Source of the DNA: Spirochaetota bacterium
GTDB lineage: Bacteria; Spirochaetota; UBA4802; JAFGDQ01
Direction of reading: 5' to 3'
NCBI GenBank assembly: GCA_043803405.1
Contig: JAZDKB010000018.1
Coordinates: 128,001 to 192,000 of the forward strand
DNA: 64,000 nt
Part shown: positions 51,644-60,230 of the stretch, piece after piece
How positions within the stretch are numbered: position 1 is the stretch's first letter
How the letters are laid out: each line of letters begins with the position of its first letter
Translations under genes and position numbers: made by a program
Notes under the pieces: model-generated
Told to the model about the DNA's origin: nothing
What the model saw: the letters and a program-made list of their open reading frames with translations, nothing else
The model's database searches: none

Positions 51644-52285
51644 ATGTCTGATACATTATACCTTGTAGGTTATGCCGAAACCTTTGTTTTTATTATGCTT
51701 CTTGCGGCAAGCATAATAGCACTGGCAGTAGGCATAGAGAGGACTGTAATATTCAAAAGGAATACAAATAAAAAAATAGATCTGTTCGTCAGCCGGTTAA
51801 TTGAGCTGTTCCGCAGCCGCAACATTAAAGCCGCTGCCGCGCTGGTAAAGGAAACAGGAGAAAACGTATATACACGTTTTGCGGACTTTTCAATGCATCA
51901 GGCGGAAAAATACGGAAGCGATCTGCCCGAACTTATGTCCGGTAAAATAATAGAGGAAAAGATGTTTCTCGAAAAGCGGCTTACAATATTGAACACTCTT
52001 GGAAACAACGCGCCTTTCATAGGCCTGCTCGGCACAGTGCTCGGCGTTATTAAAGCATTCTACGGGCTTGGCACGCTCGGCAGCACAGGCGCGGAAGTGG
52101 TAATGCGCAGCATCTCAAAGGCTTTGCTTGCTACGGCAGCAGGCCTGTTCATAGCCATACCCGTAGTCATGGCAAACAATTACTTTTCAAAAAAAGTGAA
52201 GATCATTACCCAGCATCTTGAAATTTTTTCCAGAGAAATAAACGCGAGCCTTCGCGCAAAAAAAAAGAATGCAAAGAGTGAATAA
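51644..52285 (+). CDS. exbB: ExbB/TolQ proton channel protein
   Basis: LNTLGNNAPFIGLLGTVLGVIKAF, ALLATAAGLFIAIP. Confidence 0.93.
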   Translation: MSDTLYLVGYAETFVFIMLLAASIIALAVGIERTVIFKRNTNKKIDLFVSRLIELFRSRNIKAAAALVKETGENVYTRFADFSMHQAEKYGSDLPELMSGKIIEEKMFLEKRLTILNTLGNNAPFIGLLGTVLGVIKAFYGLGTLGSTGAEVVMRSISKALLATAAGLFIAIPVVMANNYFSKKVKIITQHLEIFSREINASLRAKKKNAKSE

Positions 52286-52304
52286 ACAAAAGAGGTAAAT
52301 TGCA

Positions 52305-52706
52305 ATGTCAATATTTTCAAATTCGGAAAGCGACGAGATAGGGTACATCAACATTACTCCAATGGTAGATGTTCTGCTTGTGCTCCTTGTCATATTCATG
52401 GTAACAGCGAATTTTTTAAAGATGGAATCCGTAAACATAAACCTGCCAAAGGTTAACTCGGCTGATCCCAATATCGCGAAATCAGTTCAGATTGCGCTTA
52501 CGAACAACGGCAGGCTTTTAATGGAGGACAGCGAAATCACTGAAGAAAGAATGCTAGCAAGGCTTTCGCAGGAAGCCAGGTACAGGCCGAATGTGAGGGT
52601 AACGCTTTCCGCTGATGAGCGCCTTGCATACGGGAAAATAGCGCACGCGATGGGCATTATCCGCCAGTCGGGCGTTACGCGAATTGCTTTGTCCGTAAAG
52701 CGCTGA
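52305..52706 (+). CDS. exbD: ExbD/TolR protein
   Basis: INITPMVDVLLVLLVIFMVTA. Confidence 0.93.
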   Translation: MSIFSNSESDEIGYINITPMVDVLLVLLVIFMVTANFLKMESVNINLPKVNSADPNIAKSVQIALTNNGRLLMEDSEITEERMLARLSQEARYRPNVRVTLSADERLAYGKIAHAMGIIRQSGVTRIALSVKR

Positions 52707-52719
52707 TGCATATAAAATT

Positions 52720-53379
52720 ATGATAAAAATATATCATCAAATAATTCAAAAGTTCAGAATGATGGATCTTTTCAGGCGATGCGTCAGCATTTCATTCAGC
52801 CTTCATCTGTTATTTATCGGTACATATTATCTTTCCAGTATGCCTGCTTTCAGCTCGGATGCCGGTGAAGTCTTTGACAGCCGGAACATAAGCTTTAAGA
52901 ATACGGAAGTTGATTTTGTCGATCTTCCGCCTTCCGTTATTTTGGGCGGTGACACAAACCCGGCTCCGGTACAGAAGGAAGAATGGGTGGAGGGCACAGG
53001 CAGGGGCAGGCCCGATGCGGGCAATACAGACGTAAATATAAACAAGCTCTCAGGCACAGGCACTGACCCGGACGGGTACATGTTCGCGGATCTCGCGGAC
53101 CATCCTCCAGTGCCGATAATCGATTTTAATCCGGACGATTTTTTTCCGCAGGCAGCAAGATCTGCGAACATTCACAGGAGCACAGTGCTTGTTGAAGTCC
53201 AGGTAAACGAGAACGGCTCTGTTAAAAATTTCAGGCTATTGTCCGCAGCTTCAGTATACGGTTTTGACGAGGCAGCAGTCAAAGTGCTTTCAAGGATGCG
53301 CTTTCGGCCCGGAAAGGTAAACGGCAGGCCTGTAAAAATGCTTGCGCGCATGCCCCTGGTATTTGCCCTGGAAGACTGA
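52720..53379 (+). CDS. tonB: TonB energy transducer
   Basis: TM with SxxLH, C-terminal FPQAAR..VNENGSV..GFDEAA..FRPGKVNGRPV. Confidence 0.9.
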   Translation: MIKIYHQIIQKFRMMDLFRRCVSISFSLHLLFIGTYYLSSMPAFSSDAGEVFDSRNISFKNTEVDFVDLPPSVILGGDTNPAPVQKEEWVEGTGRGRPDAGNTDVNINKLSGTGTDPDGYMFADLADHPPVPIIDFNPDDFFPQAARSANIHRSTVLVEVQVNENGSVKNFRLLSAASVYGFDEAAVKVLSRMRFRPGKVNGRPVKMLARMPLVFALED

Positions 53380-53385
53380 TGCATA

Positions 53386-53473
53386 CTAGAACTCATCTCA
53401 AAATTAGATTTTATTGTGTTTTAATCAATCCTGAATAGTTCCTATAAATTAATAATCTTGAGATAAGTTGTAG
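53386..53473. mobile_element. MITE-like element (88 bp)
   Basis: CTAGAACTCATCTCAAAATTA / TAATCTTGAGATAAGTTGTAG imperfect 21-bp TIRs. Confidence 0.6.
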
Positions 53474-53502
53474 AAATCTCATTAAGAGTCCATCCCGGAA
53501 TA

Positions 53503-53533
53503 GTAACACTTTCGCTGCCCTCCCGTGTTGAAT
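53503..53533 (+). promoter_or_regulatory. Putative ECF promoter, copy 2
   Basis: GTAACA-N17-TGTTGAAT. Confidence 0.6.
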
Positions 53534-53583
53534 AATAAAAAGATAAATTTAATATTTTATTCATTCAATAAAGGGCCAGCGAT

Positions 53584-55983
53584 ATGTCATTATATCAAAA
53601 CAAATCTTTTTATTTATTTGTCATAATTATTTTTTTTATTATGAAAGTCTCTGTCATTCATGCGCAGGCAGCAAAAGATGAATCTCCTGCTGCGGCAGAA
53701 CAGCCCGTGAAAGAAGCAGGCATTGCTGAAAACAGTGAAGCGCAAAAGCCGGGCGACCCCTCCTCACAGAACGCGGCTGAAAATGAAAAGGCAAAAACAG
53801 ACAGCAAAGAGACTGTGCTAAAGCCGCTCGTGATTCGCGGTTCAAAGGCGCGCGACAAGAAGAAGCCGGACATACAGAGCATCTCGCGCCAGACAATGAC
53901 TACCGAGGACATGAAAGAGGTTCCTGCTTCATTCGGGGATTCGGTTAGCGCTCTAACTTCGCTTCCGGGAATAACGCGCGAGGGAGGGAGCATATTCGGC
54001 GACCTTGTGATCAGGGGCGCCGATCCCATGGGCAACAAATATTTTGTCGATGATATTCCGCTCTATGATCCTCTGCATTTCGGAGGGATTCATTCTGTAA
54101 TCAATACGAACTTAATAAAGGATATAGACGTATACTCGTCCGCGTTCCCGGCTGAATTCGGATCAGCTACATCTGCCGTTATCAATATTTCCACTATAGA
54201 CAGGGTAAATGATTATGGAGGATATTTCGACGTAAGCCTTCTTTCCGTTAACACGCTTTTAAAAGCTCCCATACTGAAGGACAATAGCAATAACCTTGTT
54301 TTTAACAGGCCTTTAACCGGAGCGGATAATGATATACAGAATGCAGGATTTGTAATTGCGTCCGGAAGGTACGGCTATCTTGGCCTCGCCATAAAAGCCT
54401 CGGATATGATGACAGGCAATGACACACCTGTATCCCCCGAATACTGGGATTACCAGTTTAAGATGAAATATAATTTCAACACTGTACATTCGGCTACAAT
54501 TTTTCTTTTCGGGTTCAAGGATTTTATACGCATACTGATGAACGATGATCTCATGGAATCAGGGGATGATCCGTATATGATGAATGCGAAAATGAGATAC
54601 GAGAGGATATCGCATAATCAGGGACTGTATTTTGATTCGAAATTCAGCAATGACTTAAGCAACAGGATCCTTTTATACAGCTCTTTTACTGATATTAATG
54701 AATACTATGATTTTCCTGCAACAGGCGCTGCCTCATGGGCAAAGGATCTGGGACTGCATACAAAGCCCTGGATATTCGGACTAAAGGATAAGTATAAAGC
54801 AAAATGGCTGGACAGACATGCGGAACTTAGCGGAAGCGCCGAATACACGTTTTATCATTTTACTGCAAAAGGCAATTCCATTATTAACAAAGGAATGTCT
54901 CCTGTACTTGATTTCGGCGATGAAGACGCATTTCAAAGATACAACCTTGATGAAAAAATCATCAACCATGTTTACGGCGGTTACATTGAGAATAAATTTA
55001 TTTTTTCCGGCCTTACTGTCACTCCGGGCATACGGTCAGATCATCTTGTAAGAACAGGCGAGACAACATTTGACCCGAGACTTATGGCGAGCTGCAAATT
55101 TCCAACCAATACAACTATTGGTGCAGCAGGCGGGCATTACAGTTATTTCCCGCAGGTAAACCCGTACATCTTTGGTGAAAACACGGATGTCGCAGGCATG
55201 GGTAAAAAATTAAAATCCGAAAAAGCGTGGCATTCAAGTGTCAGCATTGAACAGGAAATCGGGCTTTTTTCATTTAAAGTTGAAGGATTCAGGAATTATT
55301 ATTATGATGAGCCAATGGCGTATCCTCATTATGAAGCAGACGGCACATATTTCCAGGGATTATGCTCAGGTAAAGAAAAAACCCGCGGATTTGAACTAAT
55401 GCTTCGCAAGGACTCTGAAGAGAGCAATAACGGGCTGTTCGGATGGATGAGCTATACATATACTCGCGCAAAATTTAAAAGCGGCCTGCCTACTACTGCT
55501 AATTTTCACGGAGTCGATCAGGGCTATATTGGAGACGAATACGGCGACAAATGGATCACATCGGAGTACGAGCAGGAGCATAATTTCAAGCTTGTCGCAG
55601 GTTACAGGCTTAACCGGCATATTTTAAGCGGACGTTTTCAGTACTGTTCGGGATATCCGTATACGCCTATTACAGGGCATGACTATGATGAAGATTATAA
55701 TACTGCTACTGGGAAAGACCGGTATATACCTGTATCCGGCGACAGGAATGCAAAAAATTTTCCATCTTATTATTCGCTTGATCTCAGATACACGCATAAG
55801 ACAAATTATTCATGGGGCAATGTAAGCTGGTACGTAGAAGTGATCAATTGTTTAATGAAAAAGCAGGTAAACACACAAAAGTGGTACTGGGACAGACCGT
55901 ATAGTGAAGGCAACAATCCGAAAAACAAATCGGAAGATACTCTTAATTTTATGCCGAATTTAGGAGTTGAAATTAAATTTTAA
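53584..55983 (+). CDS. TonB-dependent receptor
   Basis: Signal peptide, plug SLPGI..LVIRGAD..NKYFVDDIP, DIDVYSSAFPAEFG, barrel strands, terminal Phe. Confidence 0.92.
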   Translation: MSLYQNKSFYLFVIIIFFIMKVSVIHAQAAKDESPAAAEQPVKEAGIAENSEAQKPGDPSSQNAAENEKAKTDSKETVLKPLVIRGSKARDKKKPDIQSISRQTMTTEDMKEVPASFGDSVSALTSLPGITREGGSIFGDLVIRGADPMGNKYFVDDIPLYDPLHFGGIHSVINTNLIKDIDVYSSAFPAEFGSATSAVINISTIDRVNDYGGYFDVSLLSVNTLLKAPILKDNSNNLVFNRPLTGADNDIQNAGFVIASGRYGYLGLAIKASDMMTGNDTPVSPEYWDYQFKMKYNFNTVHSATIFLFGFKDFIRILMNDDLMESGDDPYMMNAKMRYERISHNQGLYFDSKFSNDLSNRILLYSSFTDINEYYDFPATGAASWAKDLGLHTKPWIFGLKDKYKAKWLDRHAELSGSAEYTFYHFTAKGNSIINKGMSPVLDFGDEDAFQRYNLDEKIINHVYGGYIENKFIFSGLTVTPGIRSDHLVRTGETTFDPRLMASCKFPTNTTIGAAGGHYSYFPQVNPYIFGENTDVAGMGKKLKSEKAWHSSVSIEQEIGLFSFKVEGFRNYYYDEPMAYPHYEADGTYFQGLCSGKEKTRGFELMLRKDSEESNNGLFGWMSYTYTRAKFKSGLPTTANFHGVDQGYIGDEYGDKWITSEYEQEHNFKLVAGYRLNRHILSGRFQYCSGYPYTPITGHDYDEDYNTATGKDRYIPVSGDRNAKNFPSYYSLDLRYTHKTNYSWGNVSWYVEVINCLMKKQVNTQKWYWDRPYSEGNNPKNKSEDTLNFMPNLGVEIKF

Positions 55984-56061
55984 TAGTGAATGATTCAAAT
56001 CCATTAGATAATTCCAGAATGAGCTAAAATCTGATTTATTGTTTAATTTTAAATTTAGCAG

Positions 56062-56228
56062 TACTCCGTATAGAGAATTGAAATACATAACAAAATTTTC
56101 TGCGGAATCGCACCCTTTTTTTCTGCTTTTCAGTTAATTAAAGGCTTTTAGTTCAGGGTGCGAAAAGCGTCCTCAAAAATTTTGTTATGTATTTCAATTC
56201 CTGGCATTTATGACGGCGTATAGGAGTA
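56062..56228. mobile_element. Long nested palindrome / MITE-like element
   Basis: Perfect 25-bp IR 56075-56099 / 56176-56200, inner 9-bp IR TCGCACCCT / AGGGTGCGA, outer TACTCC / GGAGTA ends. Confidence 0.7.
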
Positions 56229-56262
56229 TCTAAGTTTATAAGCGGAATTATTTTTTAGCAGG

Positions 56263-56293
56263 GTAACAAATAATACGGTTTCAGATGTTTAAT
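56263..56293 (+). promoter_or_regulatory. Putative ECF autoregulatory promoter, copy 3
   Basis: GTAACA-N17-TGTTTAAT, 26 bp before the sigma start. Confidence 0.65.
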
Positions 56294-56319
56294 TAACAGA
56301 GATTAAAAAGGAATTCAGG

Positions 56320-56808
56320 ATGCAGATCGATGTTGCTGAATATTACAGGAAATACGGGCCAATGGTGCTCAGAAGGTGCAGATTGCTTCTTAAGGATGAA
56401 GACAGGGCAATGGACGCCGTGCAGGATGTATTTGTGAAGCTTCTGCAGAACCAGGACAGGCTGAGCGGCACATATCCTTCGAGCCTGCTTTTCAGAATGG
56501 CAACCAACGTGTGTCTGAATATTATACGTTACGATAAAAGCAGGCCGCAGGCAGACTGCGGCGACATTCTGGCTTACATTGCTGCCAATGATGACATGGA
56601 GAGCAGGATCGCGGTAAGGGATTATATCGAAAGAATATTCGCAAAAGAAAAAGCAACCACAGGCGAACTTGCTGTAATGCACTATGTGGATAAAATGACG
56701 CTTAATGAAGTAGCAGAAATTTCCGGGATGTCTGTTTCCGGGGTCAGGAAGCGTCTGAGAAAATTAACTGAAACAGCGAAATCTCTGGATATGGAGGAAG
56801 AGATATGA
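56320..56808 (+). CDS. ECF RNA polymerase sigma factor
   Basis: Region 2 AMDAVQDVFVKL..LFRMATNVCLN; region 4 MTLNEVAEISGMSVSGVRKRL. Confidence 0.94.
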   Translation: MQIDVAEYYRKYGPMVLRRCRLLLKDEDRAMDAVQDVFVKLLQNQDRLSGTYPSSLLFRMATNVCLNIIRYDKSRPQADCGDILAYIAANDDMESRIAVRDYIERIFAKEKATTGELAVMHYVDKMTLNEVAEISGMSVSGVRKRLRKLTETAKSLDMEEEI

Positions 56809-57614
56809 ACAATAACCGAATACCCGATATTATGCTTGAAAGATATGTTCTGAAAGAGCTTGACCCGAAAAAGACAAACGAGATCCGCGTGCTTAGTGAA
56901 ACTGATCCGGATATAGCCTCAAGGATAATGGAGATCAGGAAGTCAAACGAAGAAATACTGAGAACGTATCCTGATGACAAGATCACGGCAGAGATAACGC
57001 ATAAATATAATACACAGAATATATCCTGGAAAAAACAGCGCCGCATTCCGGTAAAATATCTGCGCATTATCCCGCCTGTTGCTGTCGCAGCTGCAGCTCT
57101 TGTTGTTTTTATACTGCTTCCGGCTGTTAAAAAAGATGTGGCAATTATAGATACGAATGACATTACAAGGATCAAGGGAAAGGAAACTGCGCTTTACTTG
57201 TACAAAAAAAACAGAAACGGCGAAATTGATCTTATGAAAAACAATTCGGGCGCAAAAACAGGCGATCTGATTCAAATAGGTTACTCAACAATGGAAAATT
57301 CTTATGGCGTGATTTTATCGATAGACGGCAGGGGGAAGGTGACCCTTCATTATCCTGCTAATGAGAAGCAATCATCAAAGCTGCCTGCAGGAAAAAAACA
57401 CTTGCTCGAAAATTCATACGAGCTCGACGACGCGCCGGATTTTGAACGTTTCTTTTTTATAACATCATCTAACGAGATAAATATAGCATCTGTTGTATTT
57501 TCCGCAGAGATGCTTGCAGTTGAAAGGAAAAAGGCAATGACTGAAAATTTAACCTTTCAGTCTCTCAAAAATGAATCGATTAACCAGGTCTCTGTACTTG
57601 TTAAAAAGGATTAG
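56805..57614 (+). CDS. Putative single-pass anti-sigma factor (ActD-like, DUF4384-like periplasmic domain)
   Basis: ATGA overlap with sigma; N-terminal LERYVLKEL helix, TM, TRIKG, GDLIQIGY, SIDGRGKVTLHYP, SYELDDAP. Confidence 0.7.
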   Translation: MNNNRIPDIMLERYVLKELDPKKTNEIRVLSETDPDIASRIMEIRKSNEEILRTYPDDKITAEITHKYNTQNISWKKQRRIPVKYLRIIPPVAVAAAALVVFILLPAVKKDVAIIDTNDITRIKGKETALYLYKKNRNGEIDLMKNNSGAKTGDLIQIGYSTMENSYGVILSIDGRGKVTLHYPANEKQSSKLPAGKKHLLENSYELDDAPDFERFFFITSSNEINIASVVFSAEMLAVERKKAMTENLTFQSLKNESINQVSVLVKKD

Positions 57615-57619
57615 CTTAA

Positions 57620-59911
57620 ATGAAAAAAATATTTAATGTCATTTGTATAATATTTTTCTGTTTTTTTTATATTATAAATATTTCCGGCCTTGAAAAAAAT
57701 ACCATCCGCAGATTTGCTTTAATAGTGGGGGCAAATGACGGAGGCCCTGCCAGGCCAAAGCTTAAGTATTCGGTTTCGGACGCAAAATCAGTTCTGACAG
57801 TGCTTAACGAAATGGGCGGCATTACACGGAACGACAGCGTACTTCTGATTGAGCCTGACAGAAAAATTTTTTTTTCAGGAATGGATTCTGTTATAAAAAA
57901 AATAAAGCAATCAGGAAAAACATCGGATAAAAAAGAACTAATATTTTATTATTCAGGACACTCAGACGAAGAATCCATACTCCTCGGCAAAGAAAAAATA
58001 TCCTACAAGGAGATAAAGGATTTCATAAACAGCACACCTTCCGATGTGCGCATTGCAATACTCGACTCATGTTCATCTGGAGCTTTCACGAGGCTTAAGG
58101 GAGGTAAAATGCGCTCTCCGTTTCTCGTGGATTCCGCATTTAACATGAAGGGATACGCGTTTATGACTTCAAGCTCGCCCGACGAAGCATCGCAGGAATC
58201 TGAAAGAATAAAGGGCTCGTTCTTTACGCACTATCTAGTCGCGGGTTTAAGAGGCGCTGCGGACATGACCCAGGACGGCCGCATCACTCTTAACGAAGCA
58301 TACCAGTTTGCCTATAACGAGACCCTTGCGGGCACGGAGAAGACAATGAGCGGGCCACAGCACCCGAACTACAATATACAGATGTCGGGAACCGGCGATG
58401 TCGTAATGACGGATATACGTAAAAGCTCTTCTTTAATGATTATAAGCACGGAGATATCCGGCAAGCTGTTCATCAGGGACAGTGGGAACAGCCTTGTTTG
58501 CGAATTAAGAAAATCCGCAGGGCGCGCCATGCAGCTTGGGCTGGAGGGAGGAGCATACAGTATCACATACATAAAAGAAGGCAGCCTGTACGAAGCGGAT
58601 ATAACACTTAATACAGGCAAAGAAGTAGTTCTTTCGAATAATGACTTTAAAAAATCAGCTAAAGACAAAACAGTAGCCCGCGGAGATGCAGATAACAGCG
58701 AAAACAAATACGAAACAGTGGAATGGCAATTTTCTCTTTATCCGATGTTTCAGAGGAACAGAAACGTAATTAATAATTTTACGTTTAATCTTTTTGGAAG
58801 CTACAGCGCCCGGTTAAACGGACTCAGCTTTGGACTGGGTCCCGGCATTGTAAAGGAAGATGTAAAGGGGATTCAGCTGAACATTTTTGGAAATTACGCT
58901 GGTGAGAGAGTTGAAGGCGCACAGCTTTCCGTTATTGGCAATTATTCCGGGGGAAATATTACAGGTCTTCAATTATCACATCTTTTTAATATTGCCAGAG
59001 GCAATACAACCGGAGCGCAAGTATCACAAATTTTTAATATTTCAAGAGGCGACTTGACCGGGGCTCAGGTTTCCACAATATTCAACTATAACAGTAAAGA
59101 CGTAAAAGGAACACAGACTTCCTGCATCTTTAATCATGCGCAGCAAAATATTACAGGTCTGCAGCTTAGCGCTGTATATAATTATTCCGGCGAAAACGTT
59201 AAAGGCACGCAGATATCAGCAGTATATAACCACGCAGGAAAAAAAATGACAGGCCTGCAGCTTACCGGTGTCTGCAATTATTCCGGCGATGATGTAAATG
59301 GAACACAGATTGCCGGTGTTGCAAATATTTCGGGTAACGCAAACGGAGTGCAGATTGCTACATTCAATCTTGCAAAGGATTTCAGCGGTGTTCAGCTGGG
59401 CGTCATAAATATCGCGAAAACGCAGAACGGATTGCCTATTGGCCTCATTAATTTTTCCGAAAACGGCGCCATAGAAATCGCAGCATGGGGAAGCACGTTT
59501 ATGGCAGGCAACGCTGGTTTATTGTTCCGTTCGCATTATATTTATACTATATTTTCAGCAAGCTGGAATAATCTTGATGAAAAGATTGATACATCCTTTG
59601 CATATGGATTTCATCTTGGTGTCCATATACCGGTAAGCTCTTTTTACACGGACATTGACGCAGGTTTTATCCATATAGATAATGACAAGATCTTCTCGGT
59701 TAAAGAAAACACTGATCAGCAGGCATTGCAGGGAAGAATATCGATCGGGTATTATATTACAAAACGCATCTCGGTTTTTGCAGGCGCGGGTCTTAGTTAT
59801 ATATATGACAGCGAATTCAATAATGATGACGGAGATACGAGATTTAAGGAAGGAAAATATTCACCGTTGTTCTTTGCCGGAATAAAAGCTGCGTTGTTCG
59901 GCAATGGATAG
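57620..59911 (+). CDS. Exported caspase-family (C14) protease with 16-aa beta-helix repeats and C-terminal barrel-like domain
   Basis: Signal peptide; RFALIVGAN, YYSGH (His 57959-61), ILDSC (Cys 58070-72), GSFFTHYL; GxQxxxxxN repeats. Confidence 0.9.
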   Translation: MKKIFNVICIIFFCFFYIINISGLEKNTIRRFALIVGANDGGPARPKLKYSVSDAKSVLTVLNEMGGITRNDSVLLIEPDRKIFFSGMDSVIKKIKQSGKTSDKKELIFYYSGHSDEESILLGKEKISYKEIKDFINSTPSDVRIAILDSCSSGAFTRLKGGKMRSPFLVDSAFNMKGYAFMTSSSPDEASQESERIKGSFFTHYLVAGLRGAADMTQDGRITLNEAYQFAYNETLAGTEKTMSGPQHPNYNIQMSGTGDVVMTDIRKSSSLMIISTEISGKLFIRDSGNSLVCELRKSAGRAMQLGLEGGAYSITYIKEGSLYEADITLNTGKEVVLSNNDFKKSAKDKTVARGDADNSENKYETVEWQFSLYPMFQRNRNVINNFTFNLFGSYSARLNGLSFGLGPGIVKEDVKGIQLNIFGNYAGERVEGAQLSVIGNYSGGNITGLQLSHLFNIARGNTTGAQVSQIFNISRGDLTGAQVSTIFNYNSKDVKGTQTSCIFNHAQQNITGLQLSAVYNYSGENVKGTQISAVYNHAGKKMTGLQLTGVCNYSGDDVNGTQIAGVANISGNANGVQIATFNLAKDFSGVQLGVINIAKTQNGLPIGLINFSENGAIEIAAWGSTFMAGNAGLLFRSHYIYTIFSASWNNLDEKIDTSFAYGFHLGVHIPVSSFYTDIDAGFIHIDNDKIFSVKENTDQQALQGRISIGYYITKRISVFAGAGLSYIYDSEFNNDDGDTRFKEGKYSPLFFAGIKAALFGNG
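58868..59455 (+). repeat. Intragenic tandem repeats, about 13 units of 14-16 aa (LA_2272/2273-like)
   Basis: GIQLNIFGNYAGERVE GAQLSVIGNYSGGNIT GLQLSHLFNIARGNTT ... GVQLGVINIAKTQN GLPIGLIN. Confidence 0.85.
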
Positions 59912-59977
59912 ATAATAGAACATTAAATATGAGAGGCACTCGCCAGGATGAGAAATCCCGATAAAAACAATTTTATG

Positions 59978-60050
59978 CAGGCCACGAGGGATTTGAACCC
60001 CCAGCCCTCGGTTTTGGAGACCGATGCTCTACCAGTTGAGCTAGTGGCCT
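59978..60050 (-). tRNA. tRNA-Trp (CCA anticodon), 3' CCA not encoded
   Basis: AGGCCAC/GTGGCCT acceptor, TAGCTCAACTGGTAGAGC D arm, TCGGT-CTCCAAA-ACCGA anticodon arm, GGTTCAAATCC T arm. Confidence 0.96.
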
Positions 60051-60230
60051 GTATGGATATTTATACGTAATTACAGAAAAATAAAAAAATATATATCTGT
60101 CAAGTAAATAACCGGATAAATATTGCATCCCGAAAAAATCTCTTTTATTTCTTAAAAACCTTTATCACTGAATAATTCGTGAATAAGCCAAAAGAATCCT
60201 AAAATATATTTTATCTGTTCAAACAGGCTC

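Noticed and set aside
57620..59911. Caspase as anti-phage or CRISPR-linked death effector
   Set aside because: Signal peptide and surface repeats, with no NLR, TIR, gasdermin or cas neighbours; signalling context fits better
59978..60050. tRNA-Trp as attachment site of an island covering the accessory region
   Set aside because: No integrase and no convincing duplicate of the tRNA 3' end; only an 8-bp match (CAGGCCAC near 34905), expected by chance
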